A stretch of DNA of 10,001 bases from positions 1 to 10,001 of the forward strand of contig JBBHKD010000051.1 in NCBI GenBank assembly GCA_037447605.1, read 5' to 3'. Shown piece by piece: positions 1 through 9,003 of the stretch. Made by a program: the position numbers and the translations under genes. Origin of the DNA: Zygnema circumcarinatum SAG 698-1b. Its lineage: Eukaryota > Plantae > Zygnematophyceae. The notes below the pieces were generated by a model. It made no database searches. It saw only the letters and a list, made by a program, of their open reading frames with translations, and was not told the origin of the DNA. Position 1 is the stretch's first letter; every line of letters starts with the position of its first letter.

Positions 1-551
1 GACCAGACGGGCGCAGATCGCCCCGGCAGCTTCGCCAAAGCATCGAATAAGGGAGCCCATATCCCCGACGAAACATCTGCATGTGATTCACCGCCGCTCA
101 ATGGGATGCCGGATCATGAGGGTATTGGGAAAGGGGAAGGGGCTTGGTTGTGCTGGCTATGGCCAGAGGCTGCACCACAGGGGCTGTCCGGACGTCCTGA
201 GCAGTGACGCCGGAGAAGGAAGGCTTGTTCCGAGTAGATGTAGCGTAGGGATCGAACAACTGTTGATTCTGTGTCTTCAGGAACTGCTGGTAGAGTCGAT
301 CTTGTCGGACCAGAAGCGCCTGGCGTAATGGTCGCATATGCTCTGCCTCTCTGATCCTTCAATTCGCCGCCTCGCCTAACAATGCCGCGACCGCTGGTGG
401 TTGTCTCAGCTCACGCATCCAGGTGGAGATCCTTCTCACGATGGCCTGCGAACCACCGGAGCACTGAAAAAGTCGCAAGTTCTCATCGATTTGCCATGCT
501 ATTAAAGCGCTCGCGAATGTCACCGGCCATCACCGTGAAAGTATTCGTAGC

Positions 552-710
552 TTAAGTCGGTTCAGCACAAAGGATCGGATCTGAAATCCAACGTTGTCTG
601 AAAGCTTGCTTGAATGTGTCCCTTGTCAGGGTGGCGACGACATCAGCTTTGTGCCAGTTTCGGGACAGCTTCCAGTTGACTGCCTCGCCTTCCAGCGCTC
701 CAAGGGCAAG
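552..710 (-). pseudogene. gag: Older host element gag, part downstream of the nested insertion
   Basis: LALGALEGEAVNW...TFKQAFRQRWISDP fits the gag L-x-G-x-A-x-x-W...F-K-x-x-F pattern. Degenerate gag-like sequence probably continues toward position 1. Confidence 0.85.
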
Positions 711-715
711 CTTGA
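711..715. repeat. Left target-site duplication CTTGA
   Basis: Immediately precedes the LTR start TG at 716; identical to 7590-7594. Confidence 0.95.
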
Positions 716-1459
716 TGTAGCGAAACGCTACAGTCACCCCAAGGGGGAAGGGTTACTTAGAGCCCGGCGTGGCTTTATGTTTCCATCCAATGCAGTACCT
801 AACGGTTAGGGCATCGGATACCCTATAGGACGACGGAGGTCCTAGGTTCGAACCGTAAGAACTGGTTCACCCGTGGGGCTGCCACATAATCTCTATGGGC
901 CCCACGTCACCGGGCCAAGGTCCCTCCTCTCGGCCAGAGGAGATCACGGATTCTCACGGGCACCACGGACCAATCCGTCTCGCGGATTGGACCCGCTGGC
1001 CACGCCCCGATCCCTTTTGACCCTCTGCTCGGGTCCAGATAATAACGGTTACCCGCTGGTACGGGATCGACTGCCGGGCCGATCCCGCCGCCGCTGTAGG
1101 CTCGACCGCAGTAATCGACAAGACATCGGCGCCATGTCAAGGCGCTGCCAGCGAATGCGCGCGGCAGCATTCAGACGTTGTGGCCAACCTTCCGACCCAT
1201 CTCGGTCGTAGAGGGACACGTGGCAGCACCGCTATTGACGTTTCGCTTCCAACTCCAGCGCCGGGTAGGAGGTTCGAACGGGAAGCTGGGTGAGGGGCGA
1301 GGGTGACTGCCGTCACCCAACCAACGCACGCATACGTTGCACGCCCATCCCGGCTGCTCCCCACTCAAGCTCTCTCAATCCTCTCTCAATCTGAACTCGC
1401 TTTGCCGAGTGCTGGTGTGATTCGCAGCTGAAGTATTATAGGCGGTTCTCACCGTTACA
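716..1459 (+). repeat. 5' LTR (744 bp)
   Basis: Starts TGTAGCG and ends GTTACA. 716-913 is identical to 6845-7042; the remainder is collinear with the 3' LTR but indel-rich. Confidence 0.94.
1210..1226 (+). promoter_or_regulatory. ABRE/G-box-like motif (GACACGTGGC) in the 5' LTR
   Basis: The 17-mer AGAGGGACACGTGGCAG is identical at 7322-7338 although its surroundings differ. This is a motif match only. Confidence 0.45.
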
Positions 1460-1460
1460 T

Positions 1461-1473
1461 TGGTATCGAGGCC
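1461..1473 (+). other. Primer-binding site, tRNA-iMet type (imperfect)
   Basis: TGGTATCGAGGCC starts 1 nt after the LTR end. It matches the canonical TGGTATCAGAGCC with one deleted and one inserted base. Confidence 0.85.
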
Positions 1474-1588
1474 GCTACAGGCCTTCTTTGGGAGAACCTA
1501 GTGGTCATGGTGACCACTCGCCGGGCCGGAGGGGACCCGGGGCCCTCGGGGCCGCCACCTCCACCTCCCGTTCCCCCGGGACGAGGAG

Positions 1589-3002
1589 ATGGAGGAGAAC
1601 TCGGAGACTACGCCCGTCCCTATGGAGGGGCCGAGTCCCGAGCCCACGGGTGATCAAGGTCACCCGGAGACCACCGCCTCTCCCCACCCAACCGGAGCCC
1701 GTGGCTCCGGTAGAAGCCTCAACTGGGCCCTACCCCATGATCGGGCCCATCACACAGGCCTTAAGATGAGGAACAGGATTGGAGGATCTCGGGAAGATGC
1801 GGAGGGAGCGTAACGAATACGCTTGAGCTGCCTAAGGAAGGTGGGACGACATGGGAGCTCACGTCCGGCCGCCCGTGGACACGCCCAATGAGTTCCGGGC
1901 CTTTCGGATGTGCTCCCGGAGAATCGAGGAAGGTATGCCCCTCGAACCCTCAGTCAGAGGCGAGGATGCAAAGCAGTCCCGGGAAGGGGTTAGGCAACCA
2001 ATCTCGTGGCGCCACCGGTCTCCGACGCCTGAACCGGGCTGCCGAAGCAACGCGAAGTCCTGACTCGGGTTTTTCCACGGGGGGGAGTCACCCCTACGTG
2101 GGTGGCGAACCACCAAGCAGTGGGGGACCCCCGTCGGGGGCAGCTGCTGGGGGCGGAGGAGATCCCAGTCCTCGGACTGCTCCCCCGCAACCTACTGAGG
2201 ATGCCCGACGGAATCGGGCCAAGGTGGCCCCTCTTTCCTTTTGGGGCGAACATCCTACCACGGACTGCTCGATTGAGCAGTGGTTGGGTCAAACGAAGGG
2301 TTACCTTCTGGCGACCAACTGTCCCCCCCTCCAGTGGGTAAGCTTTGCTTACCCAGCACTCAGAGGAGCCGCATACCGGGTGTATGAGGGCCTCTCTGAT
2401 GAGATTGGGGACGATTGGGATAAGTTCAGAGATGAACTTATCAAACACTTTGGGGCCTTGGATCCCGGCTTGGAGGCCCGGGATAAGTTTCAGAACATGG
2501 TCCAAACCGGCAGCGTCAAGCAGTTTCTGCGAGACCTGCGACAAGTGGTGCCCCAAATCACCACTCACAAGCCCGACAGGTTTGTTCTTTTTTCCACTTC
2601 GTGAATGGCTCGCTGGGCCACCCGAGGGCAAATTTAAGAACCAACCTGACTCGAACCGCGGGGACCCTCACGACTCGGCCGCATTCTTTGATGCGCCCAT
2701 TCAGTTGGACACCGCTCGCAGCTATGCAGCCCCTTCCCTAATCTCAAGAGGTCGGGCTTATCGCGATTGTGGTCGTGAAGGCGTGATTCGCCAAACCGGC
2801 AGAGGAAATAAGCCGCTAGCAACCGGGAAGTGGCCGCCTGCCCACCCACTGCACGTCACAGGTTGGACTCTGTGAGGAATGAGAGATGCCGGAGAACAAG
2901 TGTTTCCGCAACCGCAAGGAGGGGCACAAGGCCCGGGATTGCCCTCGGAACACCAAGGACAAGAAGGGCAGGCCTGAAATCCCAACCCACCGCCAGCCTT
3001 AG
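1589..3002 (+). CDS. gag: Gag, frameshifted as assembled; clean capsid-like core at about 2209-2580 and Zn-knuckle at 2901-2942
   Basis: SIEQWL...WVSFAYPALRGAAY...WDKFRDELIKHFGALDPGLEARDKFQNMVQTGSVKQF fits the retrotransposon gag pattern. CFRNRKEGHKARDC is a CCHC knuckle with the second Cys read as Asn; TAG at 3000-3002. The start position is a guess. Confidence 0.85.
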
Positions 3003-3534
3003 GGGTCGCTCACAGGACATGCTAGGCTAGGGAGGGAATGGGCTACATCAGTGATAAAAGACTCTTGTTTCTTAGAACCCTGGACATTCTTAACATGGTG
3101 GACAGGCCTTTGGGAGTGCAAGATCTCTTTGTGTTTGATGTACTCCCTTCTTCCATTTCTCTTTCCCCTGCCACTGTAGTGACTCCTTCTGGGTTTATGG
3201 ATGTAGTGATGAATGGTGATTGGTATGTCTTTATCCTCAATGTCATGGGCAATGATGTTCTCATGCAATGTGCCATGGATGTTTTGCATGTCATGGGAAA
3301 CATCTCCCATATCCTTGCGCTGCATGTGCTGGTTCCTCAGCACATGGCAGTTCGCACCTTTCCCAACGCCACTTGGCGGTTGGTAAAACAGTTGAGGAAA
3401 GGGCACACGTTGGTGCAAGAGATGGAAGGATCCACCAGCTTGCTGGTTGGCTCACCCTACACATTGGTGTGGAGGACGACTCGTCCTCAACCTTCGCATA
3501 TAGTGCGATCTATGTTCCACCTTGCCCATCGGGC

Positions 3535-3850
3535 CATGACCTTCATCGGATCACTAATGGTCACCGCCAGCTTCTATCATAGATATCAAGTATGCTAACT
3601 TTGTTAGTTCTCGCTCACCCACCGTTTAAGGACCCAGATCCCCATTCTCCGGAAGTGTTACTTTCGATGGACGAAGGGCCAGATCTCTGGTAGCGCCACA
3701 CTCAAGATCAAGCTCCAATCCTACCTCGGGGCAGTCAGGTGTCTTCTAACACAACTGGCCCCTGGTACTGATGTTATTTTAGGGAGTGCTTGGTTAACCA
3801 TGGTCAAGGCACAAATGGACTTTTTTCGTCCCACATTGCATTCTCGCAGA
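3535..3850 (+). CDS. pol: Pol aspartic protease domain, frameshifted as assembled
   Basis: Fragments across frames: MTFIGSL, ID-x3-ANFVSSR (degraded active-site region), VTFDG, and KGQISGSATLKIKLQSY...DVILGSAWL (3770-3796)...AQMDF. Confidence 0.75.
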
Positions 3851-4145
3851 CAAGGTGACAGCGCTACTCCCCGCACTCCCTGGCAGCCACATCCACGCTA
3901 TCAAGCAGCCCACTCCTTATCTCTCGCCGCCTATGCAATTGGCCAAAGTGCTAGGCGAAGTTGCACCTTTGTTCATGGTATGTCATGGCAAGCTAATGAG
4001 GATGTTCATGATCTAAGATCAAGAATGGCAGATCACATTTTACCGATGTGCTCTCGCCGTTTCCACCCAAAACCAACCTCTCGCTGGATGAGTTCGGTGG
4101 ATGTTTTCCCTCGACGACCTTTCCAAGAGGGTCGCCACCATCTAG

Positions 4146-4685
4146 AGGAGTACCACAATCCCTCTGGAGCCTGAGCAAAAGCCGCCTTGGCGGCCGATCT
4201 ATCGGTTAAGCCCGAAAGAAACCGAAGAGATGCGAAAGCAGTTGGCAACTTTACGTGAAAAGGGCTGGATAGAACCCAGTCAAAGCCCCTTTGGGGCGCC
4301 CATCTTGTTTGTTGGGAAGAAAGATGGTTCGTTGAGGATGTGCATTGATTATCGCGCACTCAACAAGATCACCGTAAAGAACCGTTTTGCTTTACCACGT
4401 ATTGATGATCTGTTGGATCGTCTTCACGGCGCCAGAGTGTTTACTTCACTCGATCTTGCTCAGGGGTACCATCAAATCCGTGTTACGGAAGCTGATGTGC
4501 CAAAAACTGCGTTCCGGACGCCGATTGGTCATTTCCAATATAAGGTGTTGCCCTTTGGATTGACTAATGCTCCGGCGACTTTCCAGGCTGTGATGAACGA
4601 GATGTTCATAGGCATGGATGAGTTTGTTTTGGTTTACCTCGATGATATCCTTGTCTTCAGTAAGACGGAGGAGGCACATCTTTGA
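4146..4685 (+). CDS. pol: Pol reverse transcriptase domain (uninterrupted block)
   Basis: TIPLEPEQKPPWRPIYRLSPKE...SPFGAPILFVGKKDGSLRMCIDYRALNK...LDLAQGYHQIRV...LPFGLTNAPATFQ...YLDD (4635-4646). Confidence 0.97.
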   Translation, partial: RSTTIPLEPEQKPPWRPIYRLSPKETEEMRKQLATLREKGWIEPSQSPFGAPILFVGKKDGSLRMCIDYRALNKITVKNRFALPRIDDLLDRLHGARVFTSLDLAQGYHQIRVTEADVPKTAFRTPIGHFQYKVLPFGLTNAPATFQAVMNEMFIGMDEFVLVYLDDILVFSKTEEAHL

Positions 4686-5400
4686 ACATCGCTCGAAAGT
4701 GTTTCGGTGACCCATGGTACCACCAGTTTTGGTGCTTGAAGAAGTGTTTACCATGCAACGGAGTTGCTTATCTTGGGCATGACTTAATGATCGTGGTTCG
4801 ATCGATCCTCGCCAAAGTTTCCGCTGTAGAAACTTGGGCGCCACCGACTGACCTGCACCAGTTGAGGTCTTTCTTGGGATTTGCGAATTATTTTCGTAAG
4901 TTCATCCAAGGGTTTAGTAAGTTGGTTACTCCCTTGACTAATTTGACACGTTCCGGTGTCCCCTTTACATGGACCCCTGAATGCCAGGATGCATTCGAAG
5001 GTGTGCGCCATGCACTTGTTACCGCACCCACTCTCCGTTTAGCGGACCCGTCCAAGCCTTAAGTGAAGTGGTTTGTGATGCTTCGATTCGCCTTGGGTGC
5101 CATCTTGNTTCAAGATGGCCAACCTTACGTATGAAAGCCGCGAAATGAATCCCGCCGAAAGCAACTATTCTCGCGAATCCGAACAGAACTGCCAGGCAGT
5201 CCACTCGAGGACATGGCGGTGCTATTTAGAGGGGCTATACGTCACGCTGGTCATCACCACGCCACGACGTTCCTTCCCTCAACCCAACAGAGACCCTCGT
5301 TTGTGGCAAGTGCACTGGTTCGAAAGTTCCTCCAAAGGCTTGAATTAAAGGCCCATCGCCCGAAGGCTGAAATGTAGTGTAATCTAATCGGAGTAGGCAG
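4686..5400 (+). CDS. pol: Pol RT C-terminus, connection and RNase H, frameshifted as assembled
   Basis: LRSFLGFANYFRKFIQGFSKLVTPLTNLT...LVTAPTLRLADPSKP, EVVCDAS (5065-5085), ALGAILxQDGQP, YESREMNPAESNYS, TWRCYLEG. The end coordinate is approximate. Confidence 0.9.
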
Positions 5401-5587
5401 CCTCGCATCTTTGCCCGATGGTGCCGTTTTAATTCGGAGTGTTGGTGGAACGATGACGTGAGGTGAGGGGCCGCCAACCCTCGAAGCCCTCGCCTGCGAT
5501 GTTTTGTCATAGATCCCTCCACCAAAGGACGTAGCCAACCCTCCCTTCTCGGACCTCGCATTGCATGATTCGTGAGGGGTATACCGG

Positions 5588-6753
5588 GTGATCCTTGTTC
5601 CCTCGACACAAGGAAATGGCTATAAGGACAAAGTGGTGCCCAAAGACGGATTTTGGTACCACGGCCAGCAGTTGGTCGTGCCCAAGGCCCAGAATGTGCG
5701 GCAGCTCATTCTGAGTGAGCTACATGATCCTCCGTACAGGGGTCACATGGGAGTTGCCAAAACCCGTGAGGCACTGCTCCGAGAGTTCTGGTGGCCTGGA
5801 CTCTCGAGGGATGTGAAAGCGTATGTACTCGCTTGTCCAACCTGTCAACGAAACAAACCACACACTGGCAGGATTCCTGGCCAGCTGCAACCCCTCACAC
5901 CTCCTTTTCGGAAATGGGACAGTGTGGGTATGGACTTGATCACGGATCTCCCTGTGACATCTCGGGGTCATGACTCCATCCTCGTCTTTGTCGACCGGCT
6001 TAGCAAGATGGTGCATTTTGCACCTACTACTAAGACCGCTAGGGCCGACGAGATTGCACGGTTGTATGTTGACAAAGTGTGGAGCCAAAGATGGTTTTCG
6101 GGCCGTAGAATAGGTTCCTGACTGCGGATCCATTTATTCACCGCCATTGGACGGAAGTGCTCAAAATCGGGCTGGGACCGCTGCGGGCGTTGAGTACGTC
6201 ACCCGCAAAACCGATGGCCGACGGAACGGGTGGAATCGTGATCCCGGAGATTACCTCCCATTATGTGGGACCTACCCCGATGGGTGGGACTAACCGCCTC
6301 CCAAAGTGGCTGAGTATGCCATCAATAATGCTTTCCGTGAGTCCATTGGTACCACCCCTTTCTTTTGAACTTTGGCCAGCATCCTCTAAATCCTCAGCAA
6401 CCAAGCGGGATCAGCCCCCGATCCGTAGGAACATGGGCGCCCACGTAACCCCGATCCTGGAAGCCGAGAGGAACCATGGGGACTCCAACCTCCCCGCAGC
6501 CAGATTCGTCCCGCTAATGTCCGAGGCGTCATAGAGGGCACGCAGCAGACCTCGTTAGCGCGCTCCGCCAAGCACAAAAGGCCTATGCTGACCGTCACCG
6601 TACCCAACTCACCTTCAACGAGGGCGATGAGGTGTTGCTAAGTACGGCGAACTTGAGACTCAAAGCTTATGGCGGAACACGTAAGCTGTGGCCCCGTTTC
6701 ATAGGACCTTTTAAGGTCGTGAAGCGAATCAATGATGTCGCTTACAGGTTGGA
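5588..6753 (+). CDS. pol: Pol integrase (HHCC, DDE core, GPF module), frameshifted after about 6100 and cut by the N gap
   Basis: HDPPYRGH...CPTC (5723-5845), WDSVGMDLITDLP...VDRLSKMVHF, HPQTDGQTERVNR remnant (6200-6239), AEYAINNAFRESIGTTPF, and KLWPRFIGPFKVVKRINDVAYRL. Confidence 0.95.
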
Positions 6754-6763
6754 NNNNNNNNNN
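6754..6763. other. Assembly gap (10 N) at the integrase C-terminus
   Basis: Run of 10 N; a further single N occurs at 5108. Confidence 0.99.
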
Positions 6764-6831
6764 CGTGCCGTTGAAACTACGAGCTGCCTTTACTACCCCA
6801 CACACGTGAACGAGGGCGTTCACATTCTCAC

Positions 6832-6841
6832 AGGGGGGGAG
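6832..6841 (+). other. Polypurine tract
   Basis: AGGGGGGGAG followed by TAA and then the 3' LTR TG. Confidence 0.92.
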
Positions 6842-6844
6842 TAA

Positions 6845-7589
6845 TGTAGCGAAACGCTACAGTCACCCCAAGGGGGAAGGGTTACTTAGAGCCCGGCGTG
6901 GCTTTATGTTTCCATCCAATGCAGTACCTAACGGTTAGGGCATCGGATACCCTATAGGACGACGGAGGTCCTAGGTTCGAACCGTAAGAACTGGTTCACC
7001 CGTGGGGCTGCCACATAATCTCTATGGGCCCCACGTCACCGGCCAAGGTCCCCTCCTCTCAGCGTAGAGGAGGATCACGGACTAACGGCACCACGGACCA
7101 ATCCGCCCTGATTGATCTGGCCACGCCCGATCCCCCTTTGATTCTCTCCGCTCGCCCGGCACACGTTACCCAGCGGTACCGACGACCGTCGGGCCGGATC
7201 CAAGGCCGCTGCTGCCAGAGAGGTTTCCACCGCGTAATCGACGCATACGCCAAGCCGCGTCATGGGCGCTACTGCCGAATGCGGGCGAGCATTCAGACAC
7301 ACCTCTCGACCCATTGAAGTCAGAGGGACACGTGGCAGTTTGCCATTGGACAGCCCTGCTTCCAATCCTCCATGCTGGTAGGAGGTTCAACGGGGGAAGC
7401 GTAAAGGGGCGAGGGTGACTGTCGTCACCCAACCAACGTACCGGCATACGGTTGCACGCCCCCTCCCGGGCTGCTCCCCACTCTGAAGGGCTCTCTCTCT
7501 CTCTGAATCCCTCCCAATCTGAACTCTGTTTTGCTGAGTGCTGGTGTGTGATTCCGCGCAGGCTGAAGAGGCGGTTCTCAGCTGTTACA
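6845..7589 (+). repeat. 3' LTR (745 bp)
   Basis: Starts TGTAGCG right after the PPT and ends GTTACA before the TSD; homologous to 716-1459. Confidence 0.94.
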
Positions 7590-7594
7590 CTTGA
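7590..7594. repeat. Right target-site duplication CTTGA
   Basis: Immediately follows the LTR end CA at 7589; identical to 711-715. Confidence 0.95.
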
Positions 7595-7754
7595 TCCACT
7601 GGTCCTCCTTCAGGTCTGCTTGCGCTGCCTTCTCCTCAAGGTGTCTCAGCCAAGACTCTGCATCTTCCTGCTTGCCGGTGAAGCCTCTAGTGATGATGCC
7701 CGTGGTATCTCTCACCTCACTCTTTACAAATAGAGGTGTCATTGTCATCATCTC
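7590..7754 (-). pseudogene. gag: Older host element gag, part upstream of the nested insertion
   Basis: Translates ...GFTGKQEDAESWLRHLEEKAAQADLKEDQWIK and joins in frame to LALGALEG at 710 when the insert and one TSD copy are removed. Confidence 0.88.
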
Positions 7755-8432
7755 TTAGTATCCTCGGAAAGTATCAAATATAGCTCATGTGCTCTGCAGG
7801 TTGGTTTCAAAAGCTCAGAGGGTCCTCGGGTCATCTGCTGCCTCTGAAGTCGCTCACCTCGGGGCTGCAAGTGGGTAGGTCGTGAACCTCAGAGGTGCAA
7901 GGTGTCTTCTGGTGATTCCCTTGCTCTGCTGTGGGCTGCGTGCCGCTCCATCTTGAAGGGACTCCTCATCCAGTATCCGCTGAGATCCCGTCAGGTTATT
8001 TGCTCTCTGTGGGGCCAAGTGGGGACCTCAGCTTGGGCAACTCCTCTCTTCGCAGCATCGCGGCGGCCGTGGCAGCGCTGGCCGACTCAAGCTTGATCAT
8101 CGCATGCGTGTCAGCGAAGTTTCTGGCATCGAGGCGGAGTCGTGCAGCTCTCAAGTGGACTCGGTCTGCTCAAGGTAAGCCGGGCTGGGATCAGGTTCTC
8201 TTCCAATGATGCCCAGTCTTCAGTCTCTATCCTGGCTGCTTCTCTCTAGTCTGAAATCCGTCCTTGGGATTCCGATGGCCTATCTCTCTCTGAGGTGCAA
8301 GTCTCCTCTGAATACTCATGAAGCCTGCTTGTCCCTCTTGTGCCAACTCTTCATCATGGCAGCTGTGACACGGGTCAGCAAGGATCAGCAGCCTCACAAT
8401 GTCAAAGATGGGTGGATCTACAAAACCTCCAA

Positions 8433-8443
8433 CTCTGATACCA
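8433..8443 (-). other. tRNA-iMet PBS of the older element
   Basis: The minus strand reads TGGTATCAGAG, preceded by CA plus a 3-nt spacer, and is correctly placed upstream of the minus-strand gag. Confidence 0.85.
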
Positions 8444-8916
8444 AGATGGTGGTAAAACAAGCAGGCTCGCGCTGGCAGAGGCTGTGGCCACTTCGCGTGT
8501 AGGTAGTGGAAACTGACGTAGGGTCAAATGGTGTCCTGGTCAGCCAACATGAGCGGGATGCGAGGATTTCAGAGTGGCGCGCAGCGAGGCGTGATCGAAG
8601 GCGCTCCACCGGCAGCTGGACTTGATGCGCCAAAGACCTCTCCTTGGGGACCCTCCTCCTGTCCTCTCCTCAATTAGTCTCTTAGCTAGGCTTCTAGTGA
8701 TCATGGTCATTGAGAGCAATCAAGGCAGGAGGACAGGGGTGGGGCTTGGCATGGCAGCGAAGGAAAACGGGACACAACTTAGATAAAGGTGGTATTTTGG
8801 AAACTCACCCCAGCCAGCGGTTGGCTGGGGAATGTCATTACAATGAAATTGTCTTCTCACTGAAATCTTTGTCTAACTGGGCTGAATGGGACGTCTAAAT
8901 GCTATCAGCAAGAAGA

Positions 8917-8922
<6 letters not shown>

Positions 8923-8966
<44 letters not shown>
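8923..8966. repeat. (CT)22 microsatellite
   Basis: Direct reading. Confidence 0.97.
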
Positions 8967-8968
<2 letters not shown>

Positions 8969-8977
8969 GGCATGGAA

Positions 8978-9003
8978 CTCTCTCTCTCTCTCTCTCTCTC
9001 TCT
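8978..9003. repeat. (CT)13 microsatellite
   Basis: Direct reading; separated from the first tract by ATGGCATGGAA. Confidence 0.97.

Larger units (their letters stand above)
716..7589 (+). mobile_element. Full-length Ty3/gypsy LTR retrotransposon, chromovirus-like, nested insertion
   Basis: Paired LTRs (TGTAGC...GTTACA), PBS after the 5' LTR, PPT before the 3' LTR, and 5-bp TSD CTTGA on both sides. Domain order gag-PR-RT-RH-IN defines Ty3/gypsy. The chromovirus assignment is from motif resemblance only; no chromodomain is visible. Confidence 0.96.
7590..8446 (-). mobile_element. Older Ty3/gypsy-type element: leader and decayed gag N-terminal region (continues at 710 toward 1)
   Basis: Lies between a minus-strand PBS and the split gag. 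It contains coding-like segments (LRAARLRLDARNFADTHAMIKLESASAATAAAMLRREELPK) and several stops. Confidence 0.75.

Noticed and set aside
552-737. ORF-track 61-aa protein starting MTVAFRY
   Set aside because: The Met and first residues come from the inserted LTR; the rest is the interrupted host gag.
802-856. Functional tRNA gene
   Set aside because: Lacks U33, a full T-stem, a variable loop and a 7-bp acceptor stem; kept only as a tRNA-like finding.
1434-1440. TATTATA as an LTR TATA box
   Set aside because: Absent from the 3' LTR and too close to the LTR end.
1990-2631. 213-aa minus-strand ORF, and similar ones at 4446-4844 and 5720-6133
   Set aside because: In-register antisense shadows of gag and pol in GC-rich DNA.
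2580-3002. Programmed ribosomal frameshift or stop readthrough, and a variant CNHC zinc knuckle
   Set aside because: Local indel noise is too high to separate these from sequence error.
3019-3597. ATGCTA direct repeat (3019-3024 and 3592-3597) as the TSD of an insertion
   Set aside because: The right copy falls within the protease ANFVS motif, and protease-like sequence begins before it at about 3535, so the match is probably chance.
3038-3598. 186-aa + ORF as an env-like or novel membrane protein
   Set aside because: Its hydrophobicity mirrors a hydrophilic antisense frame, its tail overlaps protease fragments, and env-like ORFs normally lie after pol. There is no recognisable motif.
7902-8502. 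Short + strand ORFs in the right flank
   Set aside because: Antisense to the decayed host gag and leader region; no motifs.
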